DNA of 63,759 bases, the filler included, from an uncultured Acidimicrobiia bacterium (GTDB taxonomy: Bacteria; Actinomycetota; Acidimicrobiia; Spongiisociales; JAOTWH01), in NCBI GenBank assembly GCA_964347285.1. It is 4 parts of 4 records of this genome, joined end to end, with 100 filler letters (N's around TTAATTAATTAA, not from the genome) between each part and the next. Parts side by side here need not be neighbours in the genome. Positions count along the whole stretch, not along the records: positions 52,079 to 63,759 come from CAYFYE010000080.1; 3 more parts are not named here. One strand, given 5' to 3'. Below are positions 59,507 through 63,759 of this stretch, piece by piece (the first letter of the stretch is position 1; every line of letters starts with the position of its first letter). The notes beneath the pieces were generated by a model, which did no database searches, was not told the DNA's origin, and saw nothing but the letters and a program-made list of their open reading frames with translations. The position numbers and the translations under genes are program-made.

Positions 59507-60315
59507 CCCAGATCGAGCCCGACAAGCCACCCATCGGCCAGGTTTCTCGCGAGGCGCTCACCCGGGTCGAGAGCCCGTTGACGCTGCAGAGCCTCCTCGC
59601 CGCCATGTTGTTGGTGGCCCTGTTCGTCGCCAACCTGACCTCGCTGCGGGCGTTCGTCGTAGTGGTCGTCGGTGTGGTCGGGCTGTGGGCCTGGGACCTG
59701 ACCGACACCGCCGGTCGAAATCAAACCGATCTCAACCCGCTTCCCGTGTTTGCCGGGGTGGCAGCGGCGGCTTGGGGCTCATACCGCTGGGGTTTCGAAG
59801 GCCTAGCCGTGGCCACCGCCGTAACGGTGGCCGTCGCGTTCGGCTGGGCCATATTTCGCCCCACAGAGCGCACGGCCAAGAGACTGTCGAATACGGCCTT
59901 GGCCTCCCTGCTGGCCGCCCTCAGCACGGGGCCGCTCATCCTGCTGCGGATGCGCACCGAAACCGAGGTGACCGCCTACGTCATCGTCATGGTGGTTGCC
60001 CTGGTCACTTCCGAGGTGGCTCGTCAGTTCCAGCACCGCTACCCATTGTTCGACGCCAACCTGGCAGCCCTTGCGGCAGCTGCGGCTGCCGGACTCGTCG
60101 TCGGCGCGGCGTTCTCCGAACTCTCCCTGTCGGCCACCTTCGTGGCGGCGGTGGCCTCCGCAGGAGGCATCGTCGCCGGGCAGACGGCCGGCTCCCTGCT
60201 GCGAACCGGTCACATATCACTCCTCCAGAGGGCCCCCGGCGCCTTGCCGATGATGGACGGAATTCTGCTCGCCTCGGCCATCTTCTGGCTGGCGATCATC
60301 ACACTCTCCACCTGA
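59503..60315 (+). CDS. Polytopic membrane protein, remotely CdsA-like
   Basis: About eight TMs; C-terminal PGALPMMDGILL aligns by eye with the CdsA HGG.LDRxD region. Confidence 0.55.
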   Translation: MTQIEPDKPPIGQVSREALTRVESPLTLQSLLAAMLLVALFVANLTSLRAFVVVVVGVVGLWAWDLTDTAGRNQTDLNPLPVFAGVAAAAWGSYRWGFEGLAVATAVTVAVAFGWAIFRPTERTAKRLSNTALASLLAALSTGPLILLRMRTETEVTAYVIVMVVALVTSEVARQFQHRYPLFDANLAALAAAAAAGLVVGAAFSELSLSATFVAAVASAGGIVAGQTAGSLLRTGHISLLQRAPGALPMMDGILLASAIFWLAIITLST

Positions 60316-60324
60316 GGAAACCTC

Positions 60325-60352
60325 TCAGCGGGCCAAGGGGCTCGGCCGATAC
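60325..60352 (+). promoter_or_regulatory. Putative sigma-28/WhiG-type promoter of the M23-rsiG operon
   Basis: TCAG-N16-GCCGATAC in a short intergenic region. Confidence 0.6.
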
Positions 60353-60360
60353 TCGAGCAC

Positions 60361-61503
60361 GTGGCTTTTCGATCCAACCCCGGTGGGTTAGCCTTGGGCT
60401 CACGCATGGTTCCCCGCCGCTCCTGGCGCGTTGCCGTACCCCTAGTACTTCTTTCCGTAGTTGTGAGTGCCCAGGGCGTCTACGCGCAGACCCAAGAGAA
60501 GGTCGACGAGACCCGAAGAGTCCTCGAGGACGCCAAGAACGAACGAGCCTTCGTCCTGAGCGAACTCGATTCGGCCGTCACCGAATACCAGACGGTCAAT
60601 GCTGAGCTGGCCGACCTGACGTTCAAGGTCACCCAGCTCTACGACCGTATCGAGTCCTACGAGGCGAGTGCCCGCGACCTGCGGGGTCGCGCCGACGAGC
60701 GCGCCCTCGAAGCGTATATGGCCGGCGGCACCCAACTGTGGGATCTCTTCTTCGAAGCCGAGACGTTCGGTGAGTTGATCACCAGCCAACAGGTGATGGA
60801 GCGGGCCACCACCGCAGACACCGAGCTCGCCGACCAGCTGGCGGCCACTCAGCGCGAGATGGAGCGACTGCGAGAGATCCTGGCCGAGGATCAGCAGCGG
60901 GTCCGAGAGCTGAACGATCAGCTCCAGGGCCTGGTGGGCCAACTGGATGTGCTGTACGAACAAGCCAACATCGATGTCCTGGAGGCCGACGAGGCGTATC
61001 GCCAGGCGGTTCGAGAGTTGGAGCTGGAACGGCAGCGCCAGCGACTGGCCGAGCTGGCCCGGCTGCAAGGAGCGGCTGCCGGCATTTCCTCCGCGCTCGT
61101 CCCCGGCTTCATATGCCCAGTCCAGGGCGGGGCGAGCTTCATCAACGACTGGGGCTTTCCCCGCTCAGGAGGCCGGCGCCATAAGGGCAACGACATGTTC
61201 GCTCCTCGGGGAACGCCGCTGTTGGCGGTCGCCGACGGCACCGTGCGATTGTCGAGCAGCCACCTCGGTGGCATCGGGATCTGGCTGGTCGCCGACTACG
61301 GCGTGCACTTCTACTACGCCCATCTCGACGGGTACGCGGCCGGTTTGGCGAGCGGAGCACGGGTAGCCAGGGGGCAGGTGATCGGATACAACGGCGATTC
61401 GGGCAATGCCCGTGGGGGAGCGCCTCACCTCCACTTCGAGATCCACCCCGGGGGCGGGGCGGCGGTGAACCCGTATCCGACGAACGCCGCCGCCTGCGGC
61501 TAA
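60361..61503 (+). CDS. Coiled-coil M23 peptidoglycan endopeptidase
   Basis: Signal/TM, long coiled coil, HKGND, YAHL, HLHFE; start at 60361 or 60406. Confidence 0.88.
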   Translation: MAFRSNPGGLALGSRMVPRRSWRVAVPLVLLSVVVSAQGVYAQTQEKVDETRRVLEDAKNERAFVLSELDSAVTEYQTVNAELADLTFKVTQLYDRIESYEASARDLRGRADERALEAYMAGGTQLWDLFFEAETFGELITSQQVMERATTADTELADQLAATQREMERLREILAEDQQRVRELNDQLQGLVGQLDVLYEQANIDVLEADEAYRQAVRELELERQRQRLAELARLQGAAAGISSALVPGFICPVQGGASFINDWGFPRSGGRRHKGNDMFAPRGTPLLAVADGTVRLSSSHLGGIGIWLVADYGVHFYYAHLDGYAAGLASGARVARGQVIGYNGDSGNARGGAPHLHFEIHPGGGAAVNPYPTNAAACG

Positions 61504-61512
61504 AAAGGGGCT

Positions 61513-62052
61513 ATGAGCCGGGAGTTCCAGCGCCGCATCGACCAGGTCAAGGACGCGGCCTTCCTCGAGGGGCTGGAATCCATGCCGTTGGAGGAGGTCC
61601 GCGCCAAGCGGAGCATGTGCGATGCTCTCGACACCGAGTACGCCTACTACCGGCGTCTCGTCCATGGGCGGATGGATCTTCTCGCCTTCGAACTACGGCG
61701 GCGGCGCGGCGAAGAGAGTCGGACTCTCATCGAGGCACTCCCGGCGATCCTCGCCGGGCCCCACGGCGAACGTAAGCCGGGCGGACGCCCGATTCAGCTC
61801 GACCTTCCCGATCTCCCCGACGTGGGACGACGCGAACTCGATCGGGTCCTCCACGACGATTTCTTGACCCGCATCGCCGATTTCTCGGACGAGGAGCTCG
61901 AGGACATTCAGCGCCAGCTCACCGAGGCCGAGGCCGAGATCTCGGAGAACCGTCGCATGGTGTATGAGGCCTTCGAGCATCTCCAGGCCGAACTGACCCG
62001 GCGCTATCGGGAGGGCCTCGCCGACGCCAGCGAGTTGATCAGTCCTGGCTGA
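61513..62052 (+). CDS. rsiG: Anti-sigma factor RsiG (AmfC) homolog
   Basis: RRIDQV...FL.GL..M.L.EVRAKR; two helices bearing degenerate E-x3-S-x2-R-x3-Q-x3-D motifs; L.AILA; EL.RRYREG.A. Confidence 0.85.
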   Translation: MSREFQRRIDQVKDAAFLEGLESMPLEEVRAKRSMCDALDTEYAYYRRLVHGRMDLLAFELRRRRGEESRTLIEALPAILAGPHGERKPGGRPIQLDLPDLPDVGRRELDRVLHDDFLTRIADFSDEELEDIQRQLTEAEAEISENRRMVYEAFEHLQAELTRRYREGLADASELISPG

Positions 62053-62998
62053 GGCTCTGCTGGCCCGTTGCGTTCGCTCCGGGCTGGTCGAATCGACCCA
62101 CCCGGGCCGGGTGGTGGCCGTCGTCGACGGCACGGCCGTTGCCCGCTGGGGCGATCCCGGGCCGCCGTTCTTTCTCCGCTCGACGGCCAAGCCCTTCCAG
62201 GCCATGGTGAGCCAGGAGTTGGGAGCCGACCTCGACCTGGTCGAGATGGCGCTCGCCTGTGCATCTCACGACGGCGAGCCCGTGCATATCGCCATCGTCC
62301 ACCGCATGCTCGAGGAAGCAGGTCTCGACCCGTCGGCGCTGCGCTGCCCTCCCGCCTGGCCGATGTCCGAGGAAGCCGCCCGGGCACTGGCCCGCACCGG
62401 TGTTCGTGATCCGGCTCCGATCTTTCACAACTGCTCCGCAAAGCATGCCGCCATGTTGCGGGCCTGCGTTGCCCAGGGCTGGTCGCTCGACTACACCGCC
62501 CCCGACCATCCCCTGCAGCAGGCGATTCTCGAGCTCATCGCCGAAACGACCGGGGACGGTCCCCGACCAACGGGGGTGGACGGCTGCGGCGTCCCCACCG
62601 CGGCCGCCACCGTCGATGGACTCGCCGCCGCCTATGCCCGGCTGGCCACCGATCCCCGATTCGCAAACGCGACACGGGCGATGCGTCGCTACCCGGCCCT
62701 CACCTCCGGGACGCGGCGACCCGAGGCCGCGGTGGCTTCAGCCGTCGCGGCGGCCGTCAAAGGCGGAGCCATGGGGGCATTGGCAGCAGCCTCGGCCGGG
62801 GGGCTCGGCGTCGCCGTCAAATCCTCAGACGGCTCCTTTCGGGCGGCGACGGTGGGCCTGATCGAGGCGCTCCGCCGCCTGGGCTTCTTCTCCAAGACGG
62901 CCCTGGACTCGCTGGAGCGCTTTGCCCGCCCGGCGGTGACCGGTGGCACGAGCAATGTCGGTCGTTGGGAACCGGCGCTCGGCGAGCCGGAGGAGTGA
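62045..62998 (+). CDS. Asparaginase II (Rhizobium AnsA-type), probable CTG start
   Basis: RSGLVESTH.G, RSTAKPFQ, CASHDG, HNCSAKH, DGCGVP. Confidence 0.8.
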   Translation: MAEALLARCVRSGLVESTHPGRVVAVVDGTAVARWGDPGPPFFLRSTAKPFQAMVSQELGADLDLVEMALACASHDGEPVHIAIVHRMLEEAGLDPSALRCPPAWPMSEEAARALARTGVRDPAPIFHNCSAKHAAMLRACVAQGWSLDYTAPDHPLQQAILELIAETTGDGPRPTGVDGCGVPTAAATVDGLAAAYARLATDPRFANATRAMRRYPALTSGTRRPEAAVASAVAAAVKGGAMGALAAASAGGLGVAVKSSDGSFRAATVGLIEALRRLGFFSKTALDSLERFARPAVTGGTSNVGRWEPALGEPEE

Positions 62999-63077
62999 TG
63001 GCCATCGGCCCGGCGACTCGAGGCTTCGGGGGTGGGGAGCTCGGCCGGCGTGATCTCTCGTCTGCTGAGATGGTTCG

Positions 63078-63511
63078 GTGACTCCCGACCAGGCCCGTCG
63101 CCTCCTCGAGCGCGTGTCGGCCGACTGGGTCGAGGATCCCCGGTCCGACGTGGGGTGAGCCGGCGCCTACGAGGGCCGCTGGGGGGTCCGCATGGCTCAG
63201 CAGGTGCGCGACTACACGGCTGTCTGGTTCGACGTTGGAGACCGAACGCTGGGATACGAGGCGCACCTAATACCATCGCCGCTGCGCGGTTGTCAGGAGG
63301 TGTATCGCCGGTGCCTCTTCCGCAATGCCTCGGGCCGGCGGGCACACTTTGCCCTCGACGCAGCAGGCGGCTGCTCCTGCGGGGCAGGATCCCGCTCGAA
63401 TGCCTGTCGCTCTTCGAGCTCGACGCCATCCTCGACGCTCTGTACGACATGGTGGAGGTGGCCTTGCGCAGCCTCGTTCGGGCCGGTTTCGGGCGCGAAA
63501 AAAACGGCTGA
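63078..63511 (+). pseudogene. Disrupted YbjN-like domain gene
   Basis: Coherent frame MTPDQARR..WGVRMAQQVRDYTAVWFD..EVYRRCLFRN..HFALD with in-frame TGA at 63156 and a frameshift near 63370 into LLLRGRIPLE..LYDMVE. Confidence 0.6.
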
Positions 63512-63574
63512 AATTCCACATGTCGACAAGCGTTGTGCACAACCTCTTGTGGATTTGTGTGGACATGTGGACAG
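63512..63574. promoter_or_regulatory. Cluster of about six degenerate DnaA boxes
   Basis: AATTCCACA, TGTCGACAA, TTGTGCACA, TGTGGATTT, TGTGGACAT, TGTGGACAG. Confidence 0.55.
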
Positions 63575-63665
63575 GCTGCCGATTTGGAGGTCAAGAGGCC
63601 CCAGCAAACAGCAAATAACGAGGCGGATCCCCGCCAGAACGCGAAAGCGCGTCGTATCGAGATCC

Positions 63666-63695
63666 TTGACGCACGGGGGCGGGTCTCAATACTGT
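63666..63695 (+). promoter_or_regulatory. Putative housekeeping promoter
   Basis: TTGACG-N18-TACTGT. Confidence 0.45.
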
Positions 63696-63759
63696 CGGCC
63701 GCACCAGGCCCAAGGTGCCGAACGCGCCGCAACCTCGTTCGGGGAAGTGCGGGGAACGG

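Noticed and set aside
63156..63158. TGA recoded as Trp or Sec
   Set aside because: TGA is the usual stop throughout the window, and the same gene also has a frameshift

Overview
High-GC bacterial DNA, most consistent with a deep-branching actinobacterium such as Acidimicrobiia (inferred from gene content). The window is not contiguous. Three N+TTAATTAATTAA+N linkers (17398-17497, 34703-34802, 51979-52078) join four separate contigs, and two 100-N scaffold gaps occur at 49399 and 57297. Contig 1 is core genome of the kind usually found near oriC: tRNA-Ile, -Ala, -Leu and -Ser, crgA, a class E sortase, the pknB-pbpA-rodA-pstP-fhaB-fhaA cluster, serS, a Bacillus-type large SRP RNA and tadA. Contig 2 is a polyamine/N-methylamine catabolism cluster. 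Contig 3 carries a DRG-like GTPase, a GAF-GGDEF cyclase, padR-ino1, a two-component system with a spondin gene, nfo and two repeat-rich surface proteins. Contig 4 carries tyrosine catabolism genes, an M23 peptidase-rsiG-asparaginase operon and a pseudogene. The most novel signal is at 46221-46475: a tandem pair of unannotated, structurally conserved small RNA candidates. Each has its own sigma-28/WhiG-type promoter, a hairpin presenting an anti-Shine-Dalgarno-like UUCCUUCC loop, a conserved GCCCGUAC linker and a GC terminator. The same promoter motif precedes the diguanylate cyclase and the operon encoding the anti-sigma RsiG, whose c-di-GMP motifs are degenerate. Together these suggest a WhiG/RsiG/c-di-GMP regulon with an sRNA arm; this is inference, and no whiG gene is in the window.
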